DNA of 64,000 nucleotides from contig NIVC01000873.1 in assembly GCA_002269645.1 (NCBI GenBank), forward strand, positions 62,001-126,000, given 5' to 3'. Shown one piece after another: positions 1 through 10,832 of the stretch (positions within the stretch are counted from its first letter, which is position 1; every line of letters begins with the position of its first letter). Position numbers and translations under genes: made by a program. The DNA comes from Macrostomum lignano (Eukaryota). A model generated the notes under the pieces. It searched no databases and was not told where the DNA came from. It saw nothing but the letters and a program-made list of their open reading frames with translations.

Positions 1-5
1 CGCAG

Positions 6-569
6 GACATTGCCTACAATTACCACAATAGCGTCAAGCGCACAGCCTCCATCATTCAGCGCAGCCACGGTGGACACGAGTGCGCCTTCCTGCCGGACGT
101 GCAGCGTATTGAAGGCGATGAGAGGCGACTGTACGGCTACGGAGTTTTGTACTTTCCTAACTTCGACGCGGCCAAGTACTGGTACGAGTGCACTAATGAG
201 GTTCGCCAGCAGGACTGGCTGTGGTCAGCCGATATTGTAATCGTGCCAGCTCGAGGCGCCTTCGACAAAGGCATGGCCGTCCTGGAGATCAACGACTGGT
301 CAGCGTTCAGGGATCAGACGGCTTTCGAAGACGAGTACCTCAAGGGGCTCAACAACACGACCGAGGGCCGTTGGAACATTGTGGCCTGTCCGGACTACCT
401 GCAGTACCGGATGCGCAGCAGCTGGAGTCCCAAGTACCTGGTTATCAACCAGTGGTCCGACGTGGAAACCTGGCGAAGTTACAGGCAAGCACACGGCGCC
501 GCGATGCACAGCTTCGCCCAGACCGTGGCCACGGGCTCCGTGCAGGTTGGCGTCAATCTCAACGTGTGA
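6..569 (+). CDS. 3' exon of a tandem DUF1330-like (ferredoxin-like alpha/beta barrel) protein; 5' part lies outside the window
   Basis: The frame is open from position 3 (QDIAYNYHNSVKRTASIIQRSHGGHECAFLPDVQRIEGDE...), with a possible CGCAG acceptor at 1-5. Motifs GG...IEG...YFPNFDAAKYWY and a second unit SSWSPKYLVINQWSDVETW resemble DUF1330 (EG...xFPSxEAAxAWY). TGA at 567-569, then an AT-rich 3' region. Confidence 0.65.
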   Translation, partial: DIAYNYHNSVKRTASIIQRSHGGHECAFLPDVQRIEGDERRLYGYGVLYFPNFDAAKYWYECTNEVRQQDWLWSADIVIVPARGAFDKGMAVLEINDWSAFRDQTAFEDEYLKGLNNTTEGRWNIVACPDYLQYRMRSSWSPKYLVINQWSDVETWRSYRQAHGAAMHSFAQTVATGSVQVGVNLNV

Positions 570-1763
570 GACTCGAATATAGCGACTTTTTCGGACCAGA
601 TGTTGCGTTAATTAAGACTGTTTCCTAATTTGGATTTTCTTATTTTTCCTTCTTTATCAAAGAACTGTCCCTCACAGCAGTTAGCGCTAATAGTTAGAGA
701 AATTTGTGTCTCTATAGTTCCGCTTTGATTCAATATTCCTGGCTATGGTAGATAAAATCAATGTACGAGCGTCCGTGTGCTTCAAAGCAACCCAAATTAA
801 ACTGAAATATTCAACTGCAAGAAATTTTAATAATATATTGAAGGCGCAGGCTATTTTTAATTCATGAATAACTAAAAAAGTCATTATATGTACTCGTACT
901 TGTAAATATATATGCGAAATAATATACTATCGAGATTTTTGCTTTATTTTCACAGCGATGCAAAATTTTGAATGAAAAGTCTAATCAAATTACTAATCAA
1001 GTTATTTAACTCCTTGTTTTAATTGAGTTATTCTTGATATCATTCAGGAGAATCAACTACACGTACGCTCGTAGTATAATACGCTCGTATATATACTAAA
1101 GCAGAGTTGTCTGTAGGTATGCGATAGATTTACATGTAAAAATATATAATACTTACGTTTATAATAGTATCATGGACTACTTAACTGTCGTTTATATAAA
1201 TGGACGTTTCATTTTTGATCCACAGACTTGCATTTCTTCACAGGTTAAATAATAGATATTTTATTCATTGTGAAGCAGCATTAACAACGTAAATGGATTT
1301 ACATGGTTGATGCTTAAAAATTTAGTACTATACTAAGCTTAACTGCGTAAGCTCATACTTTTTTAAACAGAAGTATTTTTTCAGAAACATAAAACCGATT
1401 AAAAGCCTAAGAAACCCCAGTTTAAGCCAAATCATCGTGAACCGTGAACCTGCAGATCGTTTCAGTTGTTCAAGTAGCTAGCTTCATGCAAAGATAGGAA
1501 AGACACAAGACTTCGTTTTAAAAATAAATGCAATTTATGCTGCGGCTGAGTAAGCCAGTTAGGTTTATTCCGTTCAAAAGAAGAGTCAGCTACCGCAAAA
1601 AACTCATTTAGGTTTGTTTCGTTCTGGTATAACAAAAACTACGGTACTAAATTAAACGGTGAGAAACCGATGCAGCAGAGTTTCATGAAAAAATTCACGC
1701 AGGTAAATTATTGTTCATTAAACGGTGGATTGCCATGCATACGGTTCCGTGCACTTTTGCACT

Positions 1764-3410
1764 TTATTCGTTGGTTCTAGCTACCATGCTCAAGGGCACC
1801 ATGCTCAGCCTCATGTTTCCAGGAGCGTTCATCTGCACAACGTTGAAGCACCAGTTAGACAAGTTCCACGCCGGCCGGGGCTCCTGTTCGTCTCTGGAGA
1901 TGGCTTCGATCTTCTTCTGATAAGTAGTCGTGCATAGCGAGACGCTCAGGCTCTCGAACCGGAAGAACAACAGCGTAGCTCGTCTGATTTCAAAGTAGAA
2001 CTGGAACTCAGCCGACTGCTGCGAGAGCAAATTGCCAGCTATGCTAGTCTTTGGCTTGACCTTGTAGGTTGTCTGCTGAAACTGATCGCGCAGCTTGGTG
2101 TAGATGTCCTTGATAATTTCAGTCGCGAGGTTCACGTGGTAGAAATCGCTGCCAACAGCGAGGTACTGAACATCAGCTAGGACGCGGTTGATGCCTGCAG
2201 GATGTTTCCAGAAGCTGAATTTGTTTTCACGCACCTTCGGGTGCGGATCGACACCCTCAAGATCTGACTGATTGGACGTGTTTGCGTTCAAGTCACTCTG
2301 ACGCGGTGTGACGTTGCTCTGCAAAAACACATCCCAGGGTAGGTTGTGCACAATCATGCTCAGCAGAGTATAGAATGCGGACTCGATGTCCTGCATCGGG
2401 TTTGGATACGTGCCACGGAGGCGATACTGTGAAGTGAATCTAGGATTCCCGCCAAGAAGGACATCGGCCATTTTTCTTTCCTTGGAGTCGGTTATCATTG
2501 CTTTACCAAAGTTGGCTAGATATACCACGTTAAACGAGCTGGAACGGCCAAAGTAAGTGTTCCTCGGCTCCACAGCGTTGTGCACAACGCCAAACTTGTG
2601 CAGCTGAAGGCAGCGGCAGATAATTTGATCGAAAATTTTGAACGCCGTGTCCAGATCAAAAGTGCAAGTCTTTCGTCGTGTGCGAACCATCAGTTCCAAC
2701 AAATAATGCACGTTGGGCCCCAGTTTCTCCATGGTCATGTAGGCCATTGTAGATCTGAACTCGGATTTCCATGGCATCAAGCAGCCATAAGGATCCACAA
2801 ACTTCTGCTGGTGCTCTTCATTCGGCTCATAGTTGAACACGGAGTTTGGCACATCGGTGTAGTCAAAGACCATCGGTATCCCCGTCATCTCGTCAAGGTC
2901 AATGAGCTCGCGTACGTAGCTCTCCCAAATATGCTTTAAAATGCTGTATTCCCGAAGCAGCAACCGAGAGCTAGTCAAGTTCTCGCTTGTATGATCTAGA
3001 GCCTCAACTTTGATTATTATCGACAGAGCGACGTCCCAAGGTCGGTTTTTCGACAATGGTTGGTTCGGCTTGTCCAATGTTCGGGTGTAAGCTGAAATCT
3101 TCTTTTCGAAATTCGGATGGGCCGTGAACTTGTACGTGTCATAGTTGACCATCTGATCCGGGGCGCATCGAGTCAGAGCATCGATTATGACCATGCGCTT
3201 GCTGTAGTGCGAATAGACGTGCAAGTCTTCTGAATTAGTGTATAAGAACGTTTGCGTGAAGTCCTTCGAGTTGACGAGAATTCCCAGAATGATGGCCGCC
3301 CTAGTCTGCAGCTGTTCCATCTCCTTCTGGGTCTCAAATCTGTTCTCAGTCTCCTGAAGGTCCGTATCCTTCAGCAGCTCCTCCGTAATCAATGACGAGA
3401 ATCGATCCAT
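1764..3410 (-). CDS. Casein kinase 1 superfamily (CK1/TTBK/VRK-like) kinase-fold protein, probable pseudokinase, single exon, 548 aa
   Basis: CK1-type motifs in order: IIIKVE (VAIK), REYSIL (alphaC), GIPMV, MTMEKLGP (MVMELLGP), FDQIICR, HNAVEPRN (HRDxKPxN), VYLANFG (DFG), GNPRFTS (GTARYAS), QDIESAFY (DDLESLGY), LPW. Confidence 0.85.
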   Translation of the reverse strand: MDRFSSLITEELLKDTDLQETENRFETQKEMEQLQTRAAIILGILVNSKDFTQTFLYTNSEDLHVYSHYSKRMVIIDALTRCAPDQMVNYDTYKFTAHPNFEKKISAYTRTLDKPNQPLSKNRPWDVALSIIIKVEALDHTSENLTSSRLLLREYSILKHIWESYVRELIDLDEMTGIPMVFDYTDVPNSVFNYEPNEEHQQKFVDPYGCLMPWKSEFRSTMAYMTMEKLGPNVHYLLELMVRTRRKTCTFDLDTAFKIFDQIICRCLQLHKFGVVHNAVEPRNTYFGRSSSFNVVYLANFGKAMITDSKERKMADVLLGGNPRFTSQYRLRGTYPNPMQDIESAFYTLLSMIVHNLPWDVFLQSNVTPRQSDLNANTSNQSDLEGVDPHPKVRENKFSFWKHPAGINRVLADVQYLAVGSDFYHVNLATEIIKDIYTKLRDQFQQTTYKVKPKTSIAGNLLSQQSAEFQFYFEIRRATLLFFRFESLSVSLCTTTYQKKIEAISRDEQEPRPAWNLSNWCFNVVQMNAPGNMRLSMVPLSMVARTNE

Positions 3411-4931
3411 CTCGTGGGTTTTTTATCGATCGGCGGTGCTTTCCGGCTCAGAATTTGTAGAATGTATCAGACCTAGACACGCATTCATACGCAAAATCAA
3501 CTCGTTAAGCTGTCACTTTAGGAGGGTACGACCAAAATAATGGGCTTCGCATATTGAAACGATTTTGACGCGGTTCGCTGGCTGTATAAAATGCATTCGT
3601 GTAGTCTATGGCTAAAAGCACACAGGTAGCAGGAGGACGCTGGAGGACGAAAAATATATACACTGTCACGCGTGGTCCTATAAGTTCAAAGTAATTATAT
3701 TGTTATTATTAGAATATAGTGAAAAGATTTACAGATGATTTGACTGCAGCGCGCTTGTATTATAAGATTTAATCGGCTAAAAGAAATAAGCCAATAATTC
3801 CATATGAAAGCTGCAGGATGTCGATATGAAAATACTAAAGCTATTTAAAAATCACTACAAGCGCGTGACATTGTCACAAAGCACAGACGCCTCAAAGCCT
3901 CAAAGCCAAAGATGGCAAGTTTACATATTCTTAAAGTGGTAAAAGCTTTAACATTCACACAGGTATGATTATATAAGTAAGAGCCCCTATGCATGTTCTT
4001 CTCTTCACCTTACTACCTTAATAAAATATTTCCAACATTTTTTTTATGTTAATAAGACTAAACAAGATCAAATTGTAAATAAGATGCCAATTACAATTTT
4101 TAACGGATAAAGTACGCAACAAAAAAACAAAAACATTTCGTTATTCTAAAAAAGCTTCTGCCGCCAGGACACGCAATGGATGAGGATTTATAATAATTTT
4201 TATTTAAAGACAGTATGATATATCATGCTGCTTTGATAGAATCTTATGGGACTATGATATCAAAATGAGTTTCAAGTTTAGCTTAAATTGTGCTAAGGAT
4301 CGCGCGCCGATCTGAGATTTTAATATGAAGTGAATCTTTCGCTTTCTACAACGAATTTTTAATTTACTTGTGAGTCATTTTCTCAAAGCTTACATATATT
4401 TTCATTTAACTTACTCAATCTTAAAATTCCAAAATAAAACAATCCAATTTAAAATCAAAGTGATCTAAAAAACTAAACTTTTTTATTTATATCCACTGCT
4501 CCCGTAAACACTACCATTTTTGTAGCTTTTCTTAGCTTTAAATAGTTGATTGTTGAAACAATTTTAGTGAATAGGGAATAAGAATTTCTTTTCAACGTAA
4601 GTTGTGCAGTTCAATTTCTACACTAGCTAGAATATAAAATTATAATATAATGTATCAAAACTGTTGATACCATTTCCATGATATTATTTTATTGTAACAA
4701 ATAATAACTAAAATAATTGTACATTTAAAAACATACCCGTATTACAAATATTTAAGATATAGAAAAATGGATCCATTCAACTTTAAAATACCTCTATTTC
4801 AATCATAAAGAGCAGTCATTCGTTTCACATCATTGAATGCGACATTGATTTCAAACAAATAATTAATTTCAACCCGCCCTTCACACTTCTGCTTTTTTAT
4901 GCTTGTTTTTTCAGCAAAAAATAGTTTTGCA

Positions 4932-5504
4932 ATGGGCCTCGATCAAAGACCGAATTTTGCTGGCAGCCTCCTGCTCACGGTGGAATTCTATCACACCATC
5001 AGCCACCTGTTCATTCTGTTCCGCTTCCGCCTGCTGCCCAGGCGAGATCTCGTTCGAGTGCGAGCGTACTTTCTAGCCGACACCCTCACGGTGTTCCTCG
5101 CCTGGCTATACATCGGCCGAGTGTACTGGTGGCAGGACCTGTACACCGCGGCACAGGTGGCTCAACACCTGTACTACTTCACCACCTGGGAGAGCGGCTT
5201 CTTTGCCAGACGCGTGGTGTCCTGGAGCTCGTTGGATTGGCAAAAGTCTGGTGAACAGCGTAGAAAGTTTGCTTGGTTCGAAATTCTTGGCACGTCGTTC
5301 GATATCGCTGTGCACCTGACCAACGCTTTCCTGCTGGTGCAGCTGGTCACCTCGGTGGAGGTCATCCTGTGCCTGGCGCTCACCCAGTGCATGGTGCTAC
5401 TGGTGCTGTTCAACCCCATGCTGGCCTGGGCCTCGCCAGCCTGCATTCCGGACTGGGTGCGGCGGCGGCTGGCTCCCATTCCGAACAGCGCCCCGGCTAA
5501 TTGA
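4932..5504 (+). CDS. Uncharacterised multi-pass membrane protein, about 190 aa, single coding exon
   Basis: GC3-rich ORF in AT-rich surroundings. ATG at 4932 follows a TTTTTTCAG acceptor-like site at about 4907-4915. Several hydrophobic segments; polar motifs HTISH, QHLYYF, WSSLDW and DIAVH. Family not recognised. Confidence 0.75.
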   Translation: MGLDQRPNFAGSLLLTVEFYHTISHLFILFRFRLLPRRDLVRVRAYFLADTLTVFLAWLYIGRVYWWQDLYTAAQVAQHLYYFTTWESGFFARRVVSWSSLDWQKSGEQRRKFAWFEILGTSFDIAVHLTNAFLLVQLVTSVEVILCLALTQCMVLLVLFNPMLAWASPACIPDWVRRRLAPIPNSAPAN

Positions 5505-5662
5505 CTGGCCAAGGACTACTCTATAGACTTTGAGATCTGCAGAGCGACGCGGTGTGAAACTTTATATTGACCAATTGAGGTCATTTTTTGCTATTAAAGT
5601 ATACATGTAGCTCACATGAGGGCTTTAACTAGCTCAAAAGTTCATAGAAGCTTAGTGTATGT

Positions 5663-5915
5663 CAGGGGTCGGCAAAGTCCGGCCGACATGTGGCCTCCGA
5701 AGCCTCTCTATCCGGCCCTCCTTTGAAACTTCACAATAGCAGTCCGGCCCGATCAAGGTTGTGACTCTTTTCAGCTCTCTTTTATTTTTCTCCTCTCCTC
5801 TCTCATCTCCTCTCTATCCCCTTATCTCCCTTCCCCTCTTTAATCTCGCCTCTCTCCTCTCTCCCCTCCTCTCCACTCTCCTTTCTCATCTGCCGTCTCT
5901 CTTCTCCTCTCCTGA
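5663..5915 (-). mobile_element. Partial hAT-type non-autonomous DNA transposon (MITE), one end
   Basis: CAGGGGTCGGCAAA terminus with GGCC-rich subterminal motifs typical of hAT/Charlie-like ends. The internal GGCCCGATCAAGGTTGTGACTCTTTTCA plus CT-rich tract matches the reverse complement of 9230-9260. Confidence 0.5.
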
Positions 5916-7277
5916 CCTACCGTCTTGCGCTGTATAGATTCTATATTGCGCCCTTGAGTTGAGTTGAGTTCAGTTCAGTTGAGTCGTCATTCTGTGATAG
6001 TTGTTGTTTTAAAGGTTATGAGCTTTATGAAATTCATTTCGTTTCTTTAAAAAGTAATTAAAGTGCAGCAATTTTCATTTGTGGCGCTGTTCTGCCTGTC
6101 AAAGTACTTTATTAATTTTTTATTGTTTTCTTTTACATGTACTCATGCAACTTTTTGCTCTTACGCTCGTTCAAAAAGCAAATTAGAAATGCCTGCTCAA
6201 TGAACTAAATTTCCTGTTTCCAACCGAACAGAATCTACCAACAAAACGCAAAACAGCCACGCAAAACAGATAGCTAAGGCCAGTTGAACCAGTCTGTGCC
6301 ATGCAGGCGGACTCGAGCACTAGAGTTTGAGTTCGAAAAAGCCTTCGCCCCTCCCCCCTCTACTAGAGCAAGTCTCTCTCTATGCTTCAGAACTGCGCTA
6401 TCGGCACACCCCTTTTTGTTGGTTCGCCATTCCTTGGCTCTGCGTCTGACCATGGAGTCTCTGGGCTAGGGATCTGGTGCGGGAATGATTTGATCTATGT
6501 CTGCATCGATTTGGAATGAAAATTCATTTCGATCTGATAGTTAATTGCGAACCTGTTGCAGTGGTAATATACCCTGTTCTAGTATACCTGTACTCGTGTG
6601 ACAACACTTATGAAACAGCAAGCGGTTTGACTCTCCTCTCCAGATTCTGAGGCTTCTAGAACTCCAGGTACAGTATACCGAGCCGCTGCATTAGCTAGGC
6701 TGACCCGAGCTGCATCAAAGTCTTGAGCAATAGGCTGTGTTTACTTGAGTCACTCAGAAGCGGGTAGAGTGGCTTTCATTTTATGAGCATTAAGTCTTAG
6801 AGTCTCGTACGTCTCAACTTTCGCAGAATTGAAGCATCTGAAAGCTTTTAGACAGCTTGGTGTCAAAAAATCGAATTTAGGGATTCTCTTTGTTTTCTGC
6901 CCAGATTTTTGCTCTTATAGCAACGCGTTTAATGATTTGTTTAGAATCATGTCTGTGTACATACATACTCATAATTCCATAGAGTGGCGAATTAAGATCA
7001 CTTAACGCAATCCATATGTAATTTAATCATTTTTCGATTCACACTTCTGCGTTAAAGCACTTGCTTCACTTGCTTTATAATACTTCAATATATTTTCGTT
7101 CCACTTGGAATTCAAAGCCTACGAGCTACTTCAAGTAGTAGAATGTGATTCTGTGCTTAACTTAATTGCCTTCTACAGTTTTTGGACTTTTAGAGTTTCT
7201 AGCTACAAGCGAACTTGCAGGTACGCTCGTAAACCTATTCCTATAATATAAGATTCAATCCATAGACTCAATCGGAC

Positions 7278-10112
7278 TCAGCGATCCATGGCTCCACAAG
7301 CGGGCGCCCCCACCCGAGTGCTTCGAGTGTCTCTGCGCGTGATGCGTCTTTGCTGCTGCTGTTGCTGCTGCTCCCGCGGTTCCTGGTCAGTCTGCTGCTG
7401 CTGAATCTGCTGCTTCAGCTGTTGCTTAAAGGTGGTACTGCCCGAGTTCACGACAACGCAGTCCTGTCGGCTGGCTCCACCGCTGCCGCCGACGCCGCCG
7501 ACGCCGCCGATGCCGCCAACGCAGCCCACGCTGACGATACGGGGCAGCTGGGGCGGAGGGGATCGCGACGACTCTGCCGATCCGCTGCCCTCCTGCCATT
7601 CGAAGCTCAGGCGGCAGGCGTGAATCGCTTTGGTAATGCGCAACGTCAGCCCGACAATCAGTCGGTGCAGGTGGGCTCGCTGGACGGGGTTCAAGAAGGC
7701 GTAGACGCCCGTATTCAGCGTTGCCGAGCTGTATCCAAACAGGCGAAGGAATTCGCGCAGCGGGTCGCTGGCCGTCGAGACCAGGTTGGCGACTGAGAAC
7801 GGCACCCAGCTGGCTAAAAACACGGCCGTGGTGAGGCCCACCGTCAGGTTCAGGCGTAAATTTCGAGCTCGTCTGCCGGTAAAAATCACCTTGCTGTTGT
7901 TGTCATTGCCATTGTTATTGTTGCTGCTGTTGCTGGCCCCAATGATGGCGCTGCGGCGACTGAGATGCAGTAGCAGAGCGGTGTAGCAGATCTGCACCAC
8001 CACTATTGGCAGCCAGACGTAGGCCACTTGTACGTAGATTTGAAACGCAAGCTCCCTGCGCAAGAGAGGGGTTCGAATTAATTATGCCCATTGCAGATAG
8101 AGCCTTGTTCTAGAGTTGCTTAGCTTGTCAGTTAATTCACATTCGAGGACGCAAGCAGTCATGCTACGCATGTTCCAGAGGGTGTACGGGGGTTGTAGTG
8201 TCGGACTCACGACTTGAAGGTCGCAGGTTCGATTTCTGAATCCCACTGGAACGATTTGAGCAAGACACTTAACTCTGCATTGCTTCAGTTCAACCAGCTG
8301 TAAAATTGGGGCCAGCATTATCTGGGGTAATTGAGGGTGTGTGTGGCGACCCCCCAGTCCTTGGACTGAACAGCCGTACGCAGCCTTCAGATGCGCGCGC
8401 AATAGCTGCGGCTGAGCTATCGGTTGCACATCTGTCCATTAGGGCAGGTGTAATCAATTATTATTATTATTCCTGAATTTCCTATCGTAAGGCAATTGTA
8501 CCTTCTAGGATACACTGCGTTGCGGGCGATTGGCCCTCATGGGCTCACGTAAATTTAACAATAAGCGCCAGACCAATTTTTAATTTCTCCAGCTCCAATT
8601 TTATGTACAAGGCGCGAGAGTTAGGCATCCACCATAAGAAATCCCCGTTGCTAGGCGTCAGAAACTTACCTGGAGGATTGGTCGCTGGTTCGGGCCCACA
8701 GCAAGCCGCACTGGTAAGTCACGTCGAATGTGTCATTGCTGGCCACTGGTTCAATCCGGTGCCATCGAGTGCCCGTCACCACCAGCTGGGGAAGCGCCAA
8801 CACCAGCGCTAGCGCGATGCTGCTGATAACATTGATGAGCATCAGCACTGATGGGTGGTGGGCGGCCAGGCCTAGCGGGAACACGGCCACTATCAACCTG
8901 CGGAAGACGCATTGTCAGTGTTAAAATGAATCTTCTAGCGCCTCGTATGTCGAGGCCAGATATTAAATCTGGAGTCGGCGAAACATTTTTACCCCAAGGG
9001 CCAGATAGAGAATCTAGTTCAAGGTTGCGGGCCAGGGAGAGAGAAAAGGAGAGAGAACAGAAGATGAGAGATGATTATTAGGGATGAGAGATGAGAGAAA
9101 AGGCGAGAGATGGATGATAAAAGAGGGAGAGGGGAGAAGAGGGACGAGCGGGGAGTGGAGAGAGGAGACAGAAAAGACGAGAGAGAAGAGGAGAGAAAAG
9201 AGGAGAGAAAAGAAGAGAGGGAGAGTTGGTTGAAAAGAGAAACCAATCTTGAGCGGGCCTATCCAGCTGTATTAAATGCTAGGGATACGGTTTTCATTTC
9301 AATCTAGCCTTCATTTGGGACCACATGACCTTATTTACACTTCTCACCTTTCGATGCTCAGGCCAACCAGGAACAGCACGTGAGCGCCGTAGACCACAGC
9401 AGGAATGTAATGAAATGCCTTGCAACTGGCCGATGCAAAGTCGGCATCAATATTAAAATCGTCACCAATAACGATCCGGTCGACGGCCCAGTTGTCATAG
9501 TGCAGGTAGTTGACCAGCTGCATGGGCAGGTTCACCAGCAGGAACGCCAGGTCGAAGCCGGCTACTCCGTAGTGAATGTAGACGCCGCCATTGCCAATGC
9601 CACCGCCCGTTGGTGAACGACGCATCAGTCTGGCATGGGAGCAGGCGGTGACTAGGAGGGTGACGTTAGCCAGCACTCCCAGTAGCCCGACCCCGGTGTA
9701 CAGTCCGACGAGAACCGAACGGTAGTCGGTGTCGCCGCTACTTTCGTTTGTAGCGCTTGAAAATGGTGCAGTTAGGGACAAATTGGTGGCCATGTTTCTC
9801 AGCAGCTGAGTCCGGGCAGTTCTTGAGAGTAGGATGTCCTTTGCTGATGTAAGGCTCTTGTTTGAGTCCTTAGTATATTTTATATCTGGATAATCTTGGT
9901 GGCATTGAGGCATCGCACCATGTTTAGGAAACAAGTTTTTATCAATGGCCTGAGATATGGCAGTCTCAATCTGAGATTGAAAAACCCGATTGGTTTTTTT
10001 AATTTACGACCGGTAGTTTACTGACGATGTGAGTGCAGTGTAAATACACGAACTCTATTGCCGCCGATGCTTAGATAAGACGGCTCACCTGTTCCATGCC
10101 ATTTGAGCTCAT
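7278..10112 (-). CDS. Class A (rhodopsin-like) orphan GPCR; exons 10112-10089, 9970-9348, 8897-8670, 8055-7278 (550 aa); alternative start at ATG 9793
   Basis: All junctions are GT-AG and keep the frame. Seven hydrophobic segments: TM1 GVLANV, TM2 GFDLAFL, TM3 CKAFHY...SIERL, TM6 FLASWVPF, TM7 SATLNTGVY. N-terminal sequons NLS and NES; low-complexity N-, G- and Q-rich stretches in ICL3 and the tail. Confidence 0.85.
8187..8472 (+). mobile_element. tRNA-derived SINE, copy 1 (A-box region partly deleted), in GPCR intron
   Basis: tRNA-like head with B box GGTTCGATT, central TTGAGCAAGACACTTAACTC...CCAGCTGTAAAATTGGGGCCAGC, and an (ATT)n tail. Aligns along its length with the reverse complement of 11170-11471. 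Confidence 0.8.
8969..9268 (+). mobile_element. Partial hAT-type MITE, opposite end of the family seen at 5663, with GA-rich interior
   Basis: Degenerate CTGGAGTCGGCGAAACATTTTT...AAGGGCCAGATA terminus, a purine-rich interior, and GAAAAGAG...CTTGAGCGGGCC shared with the 5663 element. Confidence 0.45.
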
Positions 10113-10832
10113 ATTCTGGCGGTGTCATACGCGGCATCTCAGGCAATACCCGTATTTAATACCCGTCTGGCCAGGGCAGGATCAAAAAACAACTCCATGT
10201 ACTCGTATACACGAATCCCAAACGAATTATGATTTATTTAGCAATCCAAATACAGCAAGAACAGAGACACTACTCGAGAGAGAGGGATCGAGGGAGAGTT
10301 TAATATTTTAATATTTGAAGCAGTGAATCAAGACGAATTCAAATAAGCAAAGGAAATACAATTATTTCTTGGACATTAAAAACTTCACAGCAAAGTTCAT
10401 TAGCATATATTTTCGACAATAGATGTCGATTGTATTAGTAATAGCAAGTTAAGTAGCTTTCTGACAAAAAAGGCGATTCCGATAATTCATATTCTTCAAA
10501 AATCGTTCAGTTTTAAACTAAAGTTAGTCATTCTTTAAATTTTTTTTTACTGTATTGAATATGATAAAGTAGCAATAAACTTGGCGTCCTGCTCTGTAAC
10601 CATCTTGATACGAAGTAAATCGCTTTTTGAGATAGCTTTTGAATTATGTTTTTAATGATCTAGAAAAGATTACCCATTTTTTAATTTGACACGCTATTGT
10701 GTGTACTTTCAATAACTTCCTGATATTGAAGACCAAGCACAGAAGGCCAAGTTTTACATTTTGTTTTCTTTAGGCATGAGCAATATTACCAATAGGGGGT
10801 GGCTTCGGGTCAAGTATAGAGGTCAATGAAGG

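Noticed and set aside
10021-10056. Hammerhead-like CTGACGA...CACGAAC
   Set aside because: GAAA incomplete and no stem I or III pairing.
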